A stretch of DNA of 32,000 nt from Cereibacter sphaeroides 2.4.1 (GCF_000012905.2 NC_007489.1:1-32000), one strand, 5' to 3'; positions 1 through 10,380 are shown, counted from the stretch's first letter. A program made the numbers and translations. The notes: generated by a model from the letters alone, not told the origin.

Positions 1-43
1 AGGGACGGGGCCGGCGGGGGCGGAACGCTCCGGGTCCGCACGG

Positions 44-1423
44 TCATTCCGCCGCGATGTCGGGAGGCTTCGCCGTCCCGTCCGCCCGCTGCCTGGCGCG
101 GCGGGCCAGTTTCGAATTCCAGCCGTCGTTCCGCCGACCCGTCGGCTCGTAGACTGTGCGCTGCCGGCCGACGCGGCTCACGCGCGGGGGTTGGCTTTCC
201 TGCAGGCTCCTCGCCAGCGCCAGGACGTCGCTGAGCCGCTTGTTCGCGGTGATGGCCGCGTGGGTGACATGCTGCTGCTCGGGATCGAAGCTGCGGTAGG
301 GGAGCGAGATGCCTTTCCATCGAGCTTCAAAACGTCCGTCCGGGAAGGCGTAGGTGTCGACGTATTTCCCCACGATGCCGCGCGTGAGGTCGCTTTCCTC
401 CAGCAGGATCCGCCGGTGCTCGTAGTGTGAAGGTGAGCTGGTTCCCGACGTAGCGCTGGTCGCGCCAGCACAGGATGTCGGCCAGCCGGTCCGGGGGCAG
501 GTTCAGCGGCCGGTGCCGGTCGTCCGGCCGGGCAGGCACCCTGGCGAACTGCGCGTTGTGCCGCTCGATGAAGCCGGGCAGGAAGGCGTTCCCGGCCTCC
601 ATGTCGCTGATGCCTGCAAGCCGCATCTCCTTGACCAGCCGGTCGTCTGCAAGGTGCGGTTCGCCCGCTCGACCCGGCCCTTGGCCTGCGAGGAGTTGGC
701 GCAGAGGATCTCGATGTTCAACTCGGCCAGCGCCCGGCCGAACTGCGTCATGCCATGGCCGGTCCGCGCGTCCTGCCTCGCCACGCGGAAGACCGAATGC
801 TTGTCGGAGTAGAAAGCCGTGGGCCTGCCGTGCCGCGTCAGGTAGCACTCCAGCGCCGCGAAATAGGCGAAGGTGCTCTCGGAGGGCACGAAGCGCATCT
901 CCATCAGCCGGCTCGTCGCGTCGTCGATGAAGACGAGCAGCGTGCAGGCTGGTGCGCGATCCTCGAACCAATGATGATCGGACCCGTCTATCTGAACCAG
1001 TTCGCCCAGGTGCTCGCGCCGCAGCCGCGGCTGGTGAAACCTCCGGCGCTGAGGACGCGACAGCCAGAGCCCATCCTCGACCATCCACTTCCGCAGCGTC
1101 TCCCGCGACACATGCAGGCCGTCGCGCTCGGCCAGCTTCTCGGCCGCGAGCGTGGGGCCGAAATCGACGTAGGTCTCCCGCACGAGGGCCAGCGCAAGGT
1201 CCCGCAATCCCGGCGAGAGGCGGTGGTTCGACGGTCGCCCGCGCAACCCGTGCCGCGTTGCCGCCGCGCCGTCCTCGCGCAACCGTCGCAGCAGACGCTG
1301 CACCTGACGCGGGCCGATCGCCAGCAGAACCGAGGCTTCCGTCGTCGTCATCCTCCGATCGAGCACCTTCGACAGGATCTCGATGCGGTTCAGTTCGCGC
1401 TCGCTCATCAGCACCCATCCCAT
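44..1423 (-). pseudogene. ISNCY-family-like DDE (rve/integrase-core) transposase, inactivated by two frameshifts
   Basis: Three minus-strand ORF pieces join into one protein. Frame 1 (1423 to ~640): MSERELNRIEILSKVLDRR (HTH), then VQIDGSDHHWFEDR, FIDDATSRL, YSDKHSVFRV, SSQAKGRVERANRTLQ. Frame 2 (~640 to ~426): DRLVKEMRLAGISDMEAGNAFLPGFIERHNAQF. Frame 3 (~426 to 44): YEHRRILLEESDLTRGIVGKYVDTYAFPDGRFEARWKG. The family call is from remembered similarity to ISNCY-type transposases. Confidence 0.8.
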
Positions 1424-1456
1424 GCCGCCGATCCTCCATTGTCCCGACAGGAAGAG

Positions 1457-1498
1457 GCGACAGTTCTACTTTGCTTGGATGCGACAATTCTACTTTGC
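1457..1498. repeat. Two 18-nt direct repeats (gcgacaGttctactttgc / gcgacaAttctactttgc) 24 bp apart in the IS terminal region
   Basis: Read directly at 1457-1474 and 1481-1498, one mismatch. They sit just upstream of the transposase start, as expected for subterminal transposase-binding repeats. Confidence 0.7.
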
Positions 1499-1784
1499 GC
1501 TTACAACCGTCGAGACGATAATCCAAATTATGTAAGGATTCATGGTGCCGGAGAGCCGTTGCGCGGCATCCTCACGTGGCGAGGAGCTTCAGGTCTGGAG
1601 AAGATTTTCTATCTGAACACCGGTCGGCCGGAAGTCGTCAACGTTCCCTGTCACCATGACGGCACCTTGTATCGAGCAGATACATCAGAACTCGACGTCT
1701 CGAGGAGCCACTTTGGCACGTTCCGGGTTCTCACCGGGTTCATCCATTATTGAACAAGACCGCCGGAGCCTGAGCTGCCGATGG

Positions 1785-2156
1785 TCAGCAGCCGCCGTAG
1801 TTCTTTCTTCCGCTCGCGGTGATCGTGTAAGTCCCACCCCGTGGCCCGACGTGACAGTAGCTAGACGAGCCATAGGAGGTCGATCGGTAGCGCGGGTAGC
1901 TCGGCTGCCTATCGAGCCACTCGCATGCCAAACCGTCCCCGTCCCGGTCCAAGCCGTGGGGATCGACAGCAGGACCGCCAGCTTGACGATAGAAGCGTTG
2001 CGCCGAGGCAGTGCTATCGAAGTCACTGCAGTCTACGTCGCCGTATTGAGCAGCCGTGGCGGAAGTTTGAGCGCCGTACAGGGAGGCCCTGTTCTCCCCA
2101 GGAGATCCACATCCTATCGGAAGGATCAGCAGTATCAGGCAAAGGCGGCTGCGCAT
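1785..2156 (-). CDS. Excalibur calcium-binding domain lipoprotein
   Basis: 123 aa. Signal peptide with lipobox (LILPIGC). Excalibur signature CSDFDSTASAQRFYRQAGGPAVDPHGLDRDGDGLACEW (DxDxDGxxCE). Confidence 0.8.
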   Translation of the reverse strand: MRSRLCLILLILPIGCGSPGENRASLYGAQTSATAAQYGDVDCSDFDSTASAQRFYRQAGGPAVDPHGLDRDGDGLACEWLDRQPSYPRYRSTSYGSSSYCHVGPRGGTYTITASGRKNYGGC

Positions 2157-2475
2157 TACAGACCTCTATGATGAAACGATGGAGGCTACCTTCCCAACAG
2201 CGAAATTGCCTGCGGCAAACCACCTCGCCACTCAACATGCGGGACCCGCCGGCACAAATGTCGCAGCACTTCGACCGTCGGGCCTGTGTGCGTCCGGCTC
2301 ACCAGGCCGCTATCCATCGTGGGCTTGCCGCGGGCCTAATAACCTTCGCGACAGTGATCCGGTGATGGCGCCATAATACCGCTCCATTTGTCGCGGCAAT
2401 ATGCAATTGACTCTTCGGATTGCGCCACGCACTCGTATTGGAGTATTCGTGACATCTTGCGTTATGGGTTGATCG

Positions 2476-2976
2476 ATGTTCCACTTCCGCCTATCTTCCT
2501 GTATTCTCGCAGCCATTCTTCTCTCGTCCCCTGCAGAGGCGCAGACAGAAACCAAGATCGGTGACTGGTTCGTGATAGATCATTCCGGCCCAGCCGGCCT
2601 CAAGTGCATCGTTCAGAACGACGGTCCCAAAGGATCCATCGGCTTCGTTCATACGATCAAGGAAGGCACTGTACTGTCCATCCTTGACAATCAAAATGTG
2701 AACAATCCGTTCGACGGACAGAAGCAGTTCGAAGTGACGTTAAAGGTCGGCCTTGAGACCTACCAAGCCATGACGACGCAAGTCTATCGACATCTGGCAC
2801 GAATAGCTCTCCGCTGGCAGGCCGATGTCGTCATGGGCATGATCGCGGATGGCGGTCAGCGCGGAGATGTGCTGACGATCCCCTATCCGGGGCACACTTA
2901 CCCCATCCAGGGCTCAAGAGAAGCGTTCCGCGCCTTTAGAACCTGCATCACCCGGAATGCGGTCAGCCCCTTCTGA
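2476..2976 (+). CDS. Secreted hypothetical protein (possibly IalB-like)
   Basis: 166 aa. N-terminal signal peptide (ILAAILLSSPAEAQ). Lies in a lower-GC patch. Conserved-looking Cys near each end (LKCIV ... FRTCI), reminiscent of invasion-associated-locus-B-type periplasmic proteins. The family call is weak. Confidence 0.55.
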   Translation: MFHFRLSSCILAAILLSSPAEAQTETKIGDWFVIDHSGPAGLKCIVQNDGPKGSIGFVHTIKEGTVLSILDNQNVNNPFDGQKQFEVTLKVGLETYQAMTTQVYRHLARIALRWQADVVMGMIADGGQRGDVLTIPYPGHTYPIQGSREAFRAFRTCITRNAVSPF

Positions 2977-3045
2977 CCGCGGCGAGTTCCAGCACGATCT
3001 AAGCTGCAAGCCATAATAGTTCGGTTCCATCTTAGCGTCCCCGGG

Positions 3046-4455
3046 CTATCCAGAGTTCGTCTCGAGGGTCATCCGCATCAAGGTCAGCTCAAGCTTCCGC
3101 AAGCCTCGCTCCAGCAGATCCCGCGCCGCAGCGGGGGTTTCGGCCTCGACATAGAGCCGCATTTCCGGCGCATTGCCCGAGGGGCGGATGTGGACGATCC
3201 GTCCGGACGCGCAGGTCGCACGCAGACCGTCGGTACGATCGAGGCTGCGGATCTCCTCGCCGAGGATCGCCAGAAATCCTGCAAGCTCCTCAGGACTGGC
3301 CCCGAACTCCGCAACCAGCGCCTGGGCCTTCCCGTCCGGCACGCCCTCGAGCCGGTCGGCGGCCGTGAAGCGGGCCGGCTCGCGCCCGACCAGCGCGGCC
3401 AGCCCGCCGGCCGCCTGCGCGAGAGACAGCGGAGCCAGGAGCGGCAACAGGCTGTCCCGTGTCGGAAGTTGCGGCAGAGGACCTTCAAGGTGCGCGTCGA
3501 ACCCCAGCAGGAAGCCGCCGTTTGCCTCGTAGCCCACGCTGCGGCCCCCAGCCTCTTCCATGGCCGCGATGACGAAGGGCGAGCCGATCCGCGTCCGGAT
3601 CACCCGCCGGAACCGACCTCCCGCCTCGACGCCGGTGTTGGAACTGACCGGGGTGACCACCGTTTCGGCCCCGACCAGCGCCGCGGTGATCTGCCCCAAC
3701 AGGTCGCCCGGGACGATCTGTCCGCAGGCATCGGCCAGAAGCGGGCGATCCCCATCCCCGTCGGTCGAGATCAGGGCATCGAGGCGATGTTCGGCAGTCC
3801 AGGCCTTGATCCGGGCGCGCACCCCCTCCGGTACCGCCTCGGTGTCGACCGGGACGAACGCGGTCGAGCGGCCGAGTTCCACCACCGCCGCAGCACCCAG
3901 GGCACGCAGGGCGGCAAGCAGCAGGTCCCGACTGACTGCGCTGTGGCTCCAGACCCCGATGCGCAGGCCCGTCAGGGCTTCTGGCCCGAAGGCCGTGACG
4001 TAGCGGTGGACCCAGGCCTCGCCTGCGCTCGCATCGCAGGCGAGAGGCGCCGGCGGCGTCCGGGGCGGCAACGGCTCGCCGAGGCCCGACAGGATGGCGG
4101 CTTCGTCCGCCTTGGAAATCTCGCCGCCCGGACCATAGAACTTCAATCCGTTGCGGTCGGCGGGGATATGGCTGCCGGTCACCATCACCGCGCGCGCGCC
4201 TGCCCGCCTCGCGGCCAGCGCCAGCGCCGGCGTGGGCAGCGCTCCGCAATCGGTCACAGGAACACCCGCATGACGGGCCGCCTCCGCCACCACCCCGGCC
4301 AGGGCGGGCGAGGAGGGTCGCAGGTCGTGCCCCAGGTAAAGCCCTGCGCCCTGCGGACAGGCCCGCAGGAAGGCCCTGACATAAGCCGAGACCAGATCCG
4401 GCGTCAGCTCCGTCACCAGGCCGCGCAGGCCGCTCGTTCCGAACCTCGGCGCCAT
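3046..4455 (-). CDS. Phosphomannomutase/phosphoglucomutase (alpha-D-phosphohexomutase family)
   Basis: Motifs GTSGLRG, active-site loop TGSHIPADRNGLKF, metal loop DGDGDRPLL. Start chosen at MAPRFGTSGLRG (ATG 4453-4455), one nt after the manC stop (TGA 4457-4459). The track ORF extends to 4518. Confidence 0.85.
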   Translation of the reverse strand: MAPRFGTSGLRGLVTELTPDLVSAYVRAFLRACPQGAGLYLGHDLRPSSPALAGVVAEAARHAGVPVTDCGALPTPALALAARRAGARAVMVTGSHIPADRNGLKFYGPGGEISKADEAAILSGLGEPLPPRTPPAPLACDASAGEAWVHRYVTAFGPEALTGLRIGVWSHSAVSRDLLLAALRALGAAAVVELGRSTAFVPVDTEAVPEGVRARIKAWTAEHRLDALISTDGDGDRPLLADACGQIVPGDLLGQITAALVGAETVVTPVSSNTGVEAGGRFRRVIRTRIGSPFVIAAMEEAGGRSVGYEANGGFLLGFDAHLEGPLPQLPTRDSLLPLLAPLSLAQAAGGLAALVGREPARFTAADRLEGVPDGKAQALVAEFGASPEELAGFLAILGEEIRSLDRTDGLRATCASGRIVHIRPSGNAPEMRLYVEAETPAAARDLLERGLRKLELTLMRMTLETNSG

Positions 4456-4456
4456 C

Positions 4457-5884
4457 TCAGCCCCTCGCCCCCTGGCCGCGGGCATAGACATCCTCGTAGC
4501 GGGTGATGTCGTCCTCACCGAGATAGCTCCCGGTCTGGACCTCGATCAGCTCCATCGGCACCTTTCCGGGGTTCTCCAGCCGATGCCGCGCGCCGAGGGG
4601 GATATAGACCGACTGGTTCTCGGTCATGAGGTGGACATCGGCATCGATCGTGACCCGGGCAGTGCCTCGAACCACGATCCAGTGCTCGGAGCGGTGGAGA
4701 TGGCTCTGCAACGACAGCGCGCCCCCTGGATGGACCACGATCCGCTTGACCTGGAAGCGCTCGCCGAGCGCCAGCGTCTCGAAGAAGCCCCAGGGGCGGC
4801 GGTCGCGCAGGAAGCTCTCGGCCTGACGCGCGCCCTTTGCCTTCAGCGCCTCGACCGCCTGCTTCACCTCCTGCGCGCGCGAGCGCTCGGCGACCAGAAC
4901 CGCATCCTTCATCGCCACGGCGATGATGTTGTCGAGCCCGATGCCCACGAGTTCCACCCCCTCGCTGTCCGCACGCAGGAGCGCGTTGCGGCAGTCGATG
5001 GCGGTGGCCCCGCCGGAAAGGCTCACACCCTGCCCGTCTGTGCCCATCTCGAGCGCGACGGCATCCCAGCCGCCGAGATCGTTCCAGCTCCCCCGGAAGG
5101 GCACGACCGACAGATTGCGTGTCCGTTCCATCACCGCGTAGTCGATCGAGATCGGCTCGGCCTCTGCCCATGGCTGCGGATCGAGGCGGAGAAAGCCCAA
5201 GTCCGGAACCGCGCCCTCGACAGCTCTGCGCACCGGCGCAAGAAGCGCGGGCGCGTGCTCTTCGAAAGTCGCGAGAATGGTCCGGGCCGAGAAGAGGAAG
5301 ATCCCGGAATTCCAAAGAAAGCCTCCGCTGGCCAGCATCTCCTCAGCCCGGTCGAGGTCGGGTTTCTCGACGAACCGCCGGAGCGGGACTGCGGCGCCAT
5401 CTTCCGCCCCGTCGAGTTCCAGCCAGCCATAGCCGGTCTCCGCGCGTGTCGGCACGATGCCGAAGGTGACGATCCGGCCCGCGCGGGCCGCAGGCACCCC
5501 CTGCATCACGGCCGCCCGGAAGGCCGCAGGATCGGCGATCGCATGGTCCGAGGGCGCCACGACCATCAAGGCCTCGGGATCGCCGGCCGCGACATGGAGT
5601 GCCGCGGCCAGAATGGCAGGTGCGGTGTTGCGCGGCTCGGGCTCGATCAGGATGGTGCCAGGGTCAATGCCCGCCTCCGCAAGCTGCTCGGTCACCACGA
5701 AGCGGAAGTCCGAGCCGGTGACGATCACCGGCCGACCGAAGCCCGGCCCCGAGAGCCGCCGGGCCGAGGCCGCGAAAAGGCTGTGCTCTCCGAGGATCGA
5801 CGCGAACTGCTTGGGGTATCCCTTGCGCGACAGCGGCCAGAGCCGCGTGCCCGAGCCTCCACAGAGAAGGACCTGCGTGATCAT
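4457..5884 (-). CDS. manC: Bifunctional mannose-1-phosphate guanylyltransferase / mannose-6-phosphate isomerase (type II PMI, cupin C-terminus)
   Basis: N-terminal nucleotidyltransferase motif LLCGGSGTRLWPLSR. C-terminal cupin motifs (QSHLHRSEHWIVVRGTA, GARHRLENPG). Start at MITQVLL (ATG at 5882-5884) with GGAGAA about 9 nt upstream. The track ORF extends to 5926. Confidence 0.9.
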   Translation of the reverse strand: MITQVLLCGGSGTRLWPLSRKGYPKQFASILGEHSLFAASARRLSGPGFGRPVIVTGSDFRFVVTEQLAEAGIDPGTILIEPEPRNTAPAILAAALHVAAGDPEALMVVAPSDHAIADPAAFRAAVMQGVPAARAGRIVTFGIVPTRAETGYGWLELDGAEDGAAVPLRRFVEKPDLDRAEEMLASGGFLWNSGIFLFSARTILATFEEHAPALLAPVRRAVEGAVPDLGFLRLDPQPWAEAEPISIDYAVMERTRNLSVVPFRGSWNDLGGWDAVALEMGTDGQGVSLSGGATAIDCRNALLRADSEGVELVGIGLDNIIAVAMKDAVLVAERSRAQEVKQAVEALKAKGARQAESFLRDRRPWGFFETLALGERFQVKRIVVHPGGALSLQSHLHRSEHWIVVRGTARVTIDADVHLMTENQSVYIPLGARHRLENPGKVPMELIEVQTGSYLGEDDITRYEDVYARGQGARG

Positions 5885-6368
5885 GATGATGAGTTCTCCA
5901 TTCTTGTGCGAGAAGGGCTGCGGCAAGCCCCTGCCTGCCCCCAGGCTTTCGGCGAAGCCTGTCAGTGACGGCCCTCCAGACGGGGATCCCGCCCGCGGCC
6001 GCTCGCCTCCGCCGGAACCCTGGATGGTCTCGAGCGGGCGTTTGTGAACGTCCCTGCTGGAGGGACCTCGAAATCCGTAAAATCAGTGACCCCCGGCCGC
6101 TCGGCGGTCAGGGGGGCCGGAGAGACTGCGCCGCCCTCGAGCGCGCCGAACCGGTTCTCCCAACCAGTTCCGATGAAGAAACCGGATGCGGATCGGACGT
6201 CCCGGAAAGCAGGTAGCCGCTCCCTGCCCCCTTGGGGCCTTGTGAAGCACTGGTTTCAGATGATTTCCGGTGGCAGGACGGGAAATGCGGAATAGTACCG
6301 GTCCGCGCGGCAATGACCCGGAGGGCCGGCGGAGATGTCCCTCATCCTCAGGAGATGCCCCCCGGGGC

Positions 6369-7613
6369 TCAGAAGGACCTGGTCAGGTTGACGCCGATCC
6401 GGGCGCCGCGGCCGAAGCCCACCCTGTCCAACTCGAACCCCTGGTAGGCCACCAGCGCCTCGAGCGTCATGGCCTCGAACCGTCTGGTCAGGCCGATGTG
6501 GGCCATCACCCCGGAAACCCGTTCCGAACTCAGGCGGTGGTCTGGCAGGTCCGCATCGTTGATGACGTAGTGACCGATGCCCCAGTTCCAGTCTCCTCCT
6601 GCCAGGCGGTGGCTGACGCGCATCTCGATCGCCCGGCCATCGCCATCGATGGCGGCTCCCATCACGGTGCCGAAATTGACGTAAGGGTGCTTGCTGTTGG
6701 CATAGGCGGTGCCGGCGCCGCAGAAGCCGTTTGTCGACCGACCGATCCGGGTGTCGATCCCCTCCAGCGTGACGCGGGTCGGAGCCCCAGCGACTGTTCC
6801 CTCGAATTCGGCGCCCGCCAGGGTCATGAAACAGGAGGGCAACCCGCCGGCCTCGTCCTCGCCGATCGCCTGCAGGTAGACCCGGGCAGGCAGAACCGCC
6901 TCAGGCAGTCGGTAGGACAGGCCGAGCCCCGCCATCTGGTTGATCGAGGCGCTGTCGCCTTCGTTCGTGTCGCCCACAAGCGCGTCGAAGAACCCGTCTA
7001 GCGCGCTCGACGACGAAGTCCGGTCCCATTGCGCCGTCCGGACCAGTTCGGCCTCGAACCCCTCGAACGGCCGTATCGTCAGGCGCGCTCCGACAATGCC
7101 GGTATGACTGTGGTCATCCGGGGATGTGGCACCCACGAAGATCTCGCCGTCCCACGGCCCGATCCAGGCCAGAAGCGGCGAGGCGAAGGCGCTCGGCTCT
7201 GTCTTTGACAGGTAGACCGAGGGGAACGGCCGGGCGTTCCCCGACAGGATCAGCGAGGTATGCCGGGAGGGCGACCAGTGTCGCTCGATCGCGCCGACCC
7301 CCAGGGTCCAGGAGCCGAAGCGGCGCTCCAGGAAGCTGCCGTCAAGGCGAAGCCCCTCCCCGTCCGGCTCGGCCGATATCATGATCCTGTACCGGGCATC
7401 ATCGGTTGCGCCGCCATGGGAGAGGCGGAGGATGCCGCGATCGCCCCAGCCCAGAATCTCGCGCTGGCCGAGGAAAGGATCGGTCATCACGCCGAAGTCG
7501 ATGCGAGAGGCGGTGGGTTCCGCCAGGGCCGAGCTTGCCATGAAGAGGGCCAGGAACGCTGCCGGGAGGAGCCCTCCCGGGTTGTTCTTTCCGATGCGCA
7601 TGAAATGCCTCAC
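6369..7613 (-). CDS. wzi: Capsule assembly Wzi-family outer-membrane protein
   Basis: 414 aa. Signal peptide (AAFLALFMASSALAEP). Wzi-like segment ERHWSPSRHTSLILSGNARPFPSVYL. Beta-rich, with C-terminal ...GVNLTRSF (terminal Phe). Located next to manC/pmm. Confidence 0.7.
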   Translation of the reverse strand: MRHFMRIGKNNPGGLLPAAFLALFMASSALAEPTASRIDFGVMTDPFLGQREILGWGDRGILRLSHGGATDDARYRIMISAEPDGEGLRLDGSFLERRFGSWTLGVGAIERHWSPSRHTSLILSGNARPFPSVYLSKTEPSAFASPLLAWIGPWDGEIFVGATSPDDHSHTGIVGARLTIRPFEGFEAELVRTAQWDRTSSSSALDGFFDALVGDTNEGDSASINQMAGLGLSYRLPEAVLPARVYLQAIGEDEAGGLPSCFMTLAGAEFEGTVAGAPTRVTLEGIDTRIGRSTNGFCGAGTAYANSKHPYVNFGTVMGAAIDGDGRAIEMRVSHRLAGGDWNWGIGHYVINDADLPDHRLSSERVSGVMAHIGLTRRFEAMTLEALVAYQGFELDRVGFGRGARIGVNLTRSF

Positions 7614-8154
7614 TTGAACCTGACGGGTGACACAGAGGGAAGATGGCTGCCGGAGTTGGAGCCTGTCGTCGCAGCGCGGGCGGATGCCGCCCCATGGGCT
7701 TCACGGGCCATGGCCGGGGGTTTGCTCGTCGATGTCCGGAAAGTCGCTCGTGCGTCCGCAGGGCGGTGCGCCATGGCTGCCGCACGGGACTTGGCCCGTA
7801 GGCTGGCCCGTCCGCATCAGGCTCCCGGGCCCTGCGGCATGACTTTTATCGCTCCCCTGGCAGGCTGCCAAGCGGCCGAGCCCCCTGCCATGCCCTGTCC
7901 GCTGCCCTAAGGCGACGTGCGGGGCCCGTTGCATTTGCGAAAAGGCGGCGCGTGAGAGCCGCAGGCCGGGCCATTACCGGATCGGCCTCTTCTTCGGAAT
8001 ATTGCCGATACACGAAAGTTGCGCAAAAGCCCGTGGAATTATCTTAAGGCGAGTGACGGAATGTCCCACTGGCCGGAGGCGATTTTAATGGCAAAAATGA
8101 AGCCCATGCCGCACTCATCACAACCCTGACTGGTCTCCATCATTCGGAGCTCGA

Positions 8155-8469
8155 ATGTATCATACCAAGCTTAAAGACCTGTCCCTCGAAGAGCTGAAAG
8201 AACTTCGGGTCGAAATAGCTCAGGCCATTACGGCCCAGGAAAGACATTGCAAGCAGGAGGCGCTGGAGCAGCTGCAAGCAAAGGCGCGCCAACTCGGGTT
8301 CAACCTGGAGGAACTTGCCCCTGCGATGCAGCGCGGGCAGGTCGGTGCCATGCTGCGATACGCCAATCCTGCAAACCCCGGGGAAGTCTGGCGCGGCCGT
8401 GGCCGCAAGCCACGCTGGTTCACGCAAGCCATGGCCGCCGGCAAGTCGCCCGAGGAACTCCAGATCTGA
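8155..8469 (+). CDS. H-NS family nucleoid-associated protein (HvrA/Spb type), paralog 1
   Basis: 104 aa. N-terminal coiled-coil (LSLEELKELRVEIAQAI). C-terminal H-NS DNA-binding motif YANPANPGEVWRGRGRKPRWF, ending ..PEELQI. Confidence 0.85.
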   Translation: MYHTKLKDLSLEELKELRVEIAQAITAQERHCKQEALEQLQAKARQLGFNLEELAPAMQRGQVGAMLRYANPANPGEVWRGRGRKPRWFTQAMAAGKSPEELQI

Positions 8470-9068
8470 GAGGGGCCCGGTCCCGCAGGAAACCCGAACG
8501 CATGGCGGCCCTCGCCTGACGCCCACCGCTGGTGTGCAGGCGCCCTGCCCGTCAGAAGACAGGAGAGATGATCCTGCCTGCTTCGGACCATCCGCGCGGC
8601 AGCAGGAGCCGGATCTTCGGCACCCGCGCCAAGGGCTCACACATCTTCGACGCCTGACCGGGTGGTTTCGGGCACAGGATCGAGAGGCATGCGAGAGGAT
8701 GATCGCGGCCGGCGCGGGAAGACCGGCCATGCGGTAATGCCGCGCCTTCGGCCGTTGCTCCGGTCCCGGATCTCGCCGCACTCGTCAAGAGGGGCAAGCG
8801 CCTGGCAGAAGGGGCGCTCGCATTACAAAAGTTTTCCGGAAACCCCGGAGCCGACCGATCCGGAATTTCGGAAAGGCAGGCTGGTTTTCCGGATAACCGG
8901 ATCTTTCCGATGGTCGCTCCCTGCGTGCCGCACGAATACCTGGAACCCAGCAAGGCTCGCACCGAAGGGAAGCATCGGTGATCGGCACGAACCTCGCCCG
9001 CAGGCAATTTGCAAGTCGGCTTCGACAGGATTACGAAGAGAGAAAATCGGCCCCTGAAGGAGCAAGAA

Positions 9069-9386
9069 ATGCCCAACCTCGAACTTGACGGCTTGTCCAT
9101 CAAAGAACTGAAAAACCTGCAGACCCAGGTTGCCAAGGCGATCTCGACCTTCGAGGAGCGCCGCAGGAAGGAGGCGTTGAGCGAACTGGAGGAAAAAGCC
9201 CGCGAGCTCGGCTTCAGCCTTTCTGAACTGACCGGCACCGCCCTCACCCGTCAGCGGGCAGGCGCCGCGCCCAAATATGCCAACCCGGACCAGCCCGAGC
9301 AGACCTGGTCGGGCCGCGGCCGCAAGCCGCACTGGTTCGTGGAGGCACTCGCAGCCGGAAAGACCGCCGAGGACCTCCAGATATGA
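9069..9386 (+). CDS. H-NS family nucleoid-associated protein (HvrA/Spb type), paralog 2
   Basis: 105 aa starting at MPNLELDGLSIKELKNLQ (ATG 9069, GGAG 8-11 nt upstream). Motif YANPDQPEQTWSGRGRKPHWF, ending ..AEDLQI. The track ORF begins at 9009. Confidence 0.85.
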   Translation: MPNLELDGLSIKELKNLQTQVAKAISTFEERRRKEALSELEEKARELGFSLSELTGTALTRQRAGAAPKYANPDQPEQTWSGRGRKPHWFVEALAAGKTAEDLQI

Positions 9387-9405
9387 CGGCCCCCGGAGGT
9401 TCTCC

Positions 9406-9490
9406 GGCAGTTTTGCCGGGGAACCCCGTATTACCGGGCCGGGAAGAGGAAACTCTACCCGTGGCCCGATAAACAGGTTGAGGCGGAGCA
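9406..9490. repeat. ~85-nt repeated element, copy A (starts 20 nt after the hns paralog 2 stop)
   Basis: ggcagttttgccggggaaccccgtattaccgggccgggaagaggaaactctacccgtggcccgataaacaggttgaggcggagca. Aligns by hand with 10381-10465 in the same orientation, about a dozen mismatches and no gaps. Confidence 0.8.
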
Positions 9491-9658
9491 CCGCAGTCTT
9501 TCCGGACGTCTCGTGAGCACAGAAGGCGCCCCGAGCGCTTGTCGGCGAGGTTCAGGAATACCTGCAGGCCGCCGCAACCCGGGACAAAGCGGTGGCCTGC
9601 GACCGACCGCTCGGACTGGCCCCCCGCTTCCTGGCAAGGCAGGCGACCCGCCTGATCC

Positions 9659-10183
9659 TCAGGGCGTGAGTTCCGAGGCATAGACCACGTTGCCAGCTCT
9701 CTCGGTGATCGCGACGTAGCAGGCATCCTCGCGAGGCGGGCGCTGCTTGCCTGCGAGTTTCTGCAGGACTTCGGCCGGAACCTTGGCACGGTCGCACTTG
9801 GGCAGCTCGACAACACTGTAGCCTCGGGACGCGAGGCATCTTGCGAAATATGTGGCACGCAATTCGGAATTTGCGTCATAGGTATATGTCTGGCCGCCGT
9901 AGGTCTGTCCTCCGGTGGTCTGACATTGCACGGAATATCCGGTATTATAGCAGCTGGTCTGAGTAGGCGTCGTGTAGCTCGGCGTAGTGCCGATCCGGGT
10001 TTCCTGGGGGACCCCCCGCGCTGCGGCAACCTCGCATTCGAAGTAATCCGTATCGGTTTGAGAGACCGAACCATCGCTCCTGAAAAGATAGACATCTGTG
10101 GTGGCCTCGCAGGCCCCCACCAAACAGAAGGCGGAAACCGCCAGAAGGTGGCGCTTTCGGGTCAGAATATTGTTCATGGTCAC
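9659..10183 (-). CDS. Hypothetical lipoprotein
   Basis: 174 aa. Signal peptide with lipobox (AFCLVGAC). Thr/Gly/Tyr/Cys-rich mature part. GC visibly lower than the flanks. Bracketed by the two copies of the 85-nt element. Confidence 0.65.
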   Translation of the reverse strand: MTMNNILTRKRHLLAVSAFCLVGACEATTDVYLFRSDGSVSQTDTDYFECEVAAARGVPQETRIGTTPSYTTPTQTSCYNTGYSVQCQTTGGQTYGGQTYTYDANSELRATYFARCLASRGYSVVELPKCDRAKVPAEVLQKLAGKQRPPREDACYVAITERAGNVVYASELTP

Positions 10184-10380
10184 TTCGCAGGATTGCTGGG
10201 AGTTCGGACTTCACGCCGCCGTGATACTCCTCAGTCGTCGGGGCCGCCATAGAAAAACAGTCTGAGCCGGGAGGCCGAACCAAGGAAATATCAAGCCACG
10301 AACTTGAAGCGCCTCCAAACCTCGGGCCTCCGGTTCGCATAAGCTGGTGACGGCTCCCAAGCATTCGCCGGGGGTTTATC

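Larger units (their letters stand above)
1..1530 (-). mobile_element. Decayed ISNCY-like insertion sequence; left boundary unresolved and may run off the window
   Basis: Contains the frameshifted transposase below. The region 5' of the transposase start (1430-1530) carries tandem 18-nt repeats, and GC drops just right of ~1530. The transposase stop is at 44-46, so the other terminus is at or beyond the window edge. Confidence 0.6.

Noticed and set aside
44-1423. Programmed ribosomal frameshifting in the IS transposase
   Set aside because: There are two separate frame changes, with no slippery heptamer at either site that I could see. Transposases of this type are normally a single ORF, so decay is the simpler reading.
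755-1753. 332-aa plus-strand ORF across the IS
   Set aside because: Antisense to the transposase pseudogene, whose homology-like motifs are unambiguous on the minus strand.
3190-5968. 438-aa and 461-aa plus-strand ORFs
   Set aside because: Antisense to the clearly recognisable phosphomannomutase and manC genes, with no motifs.
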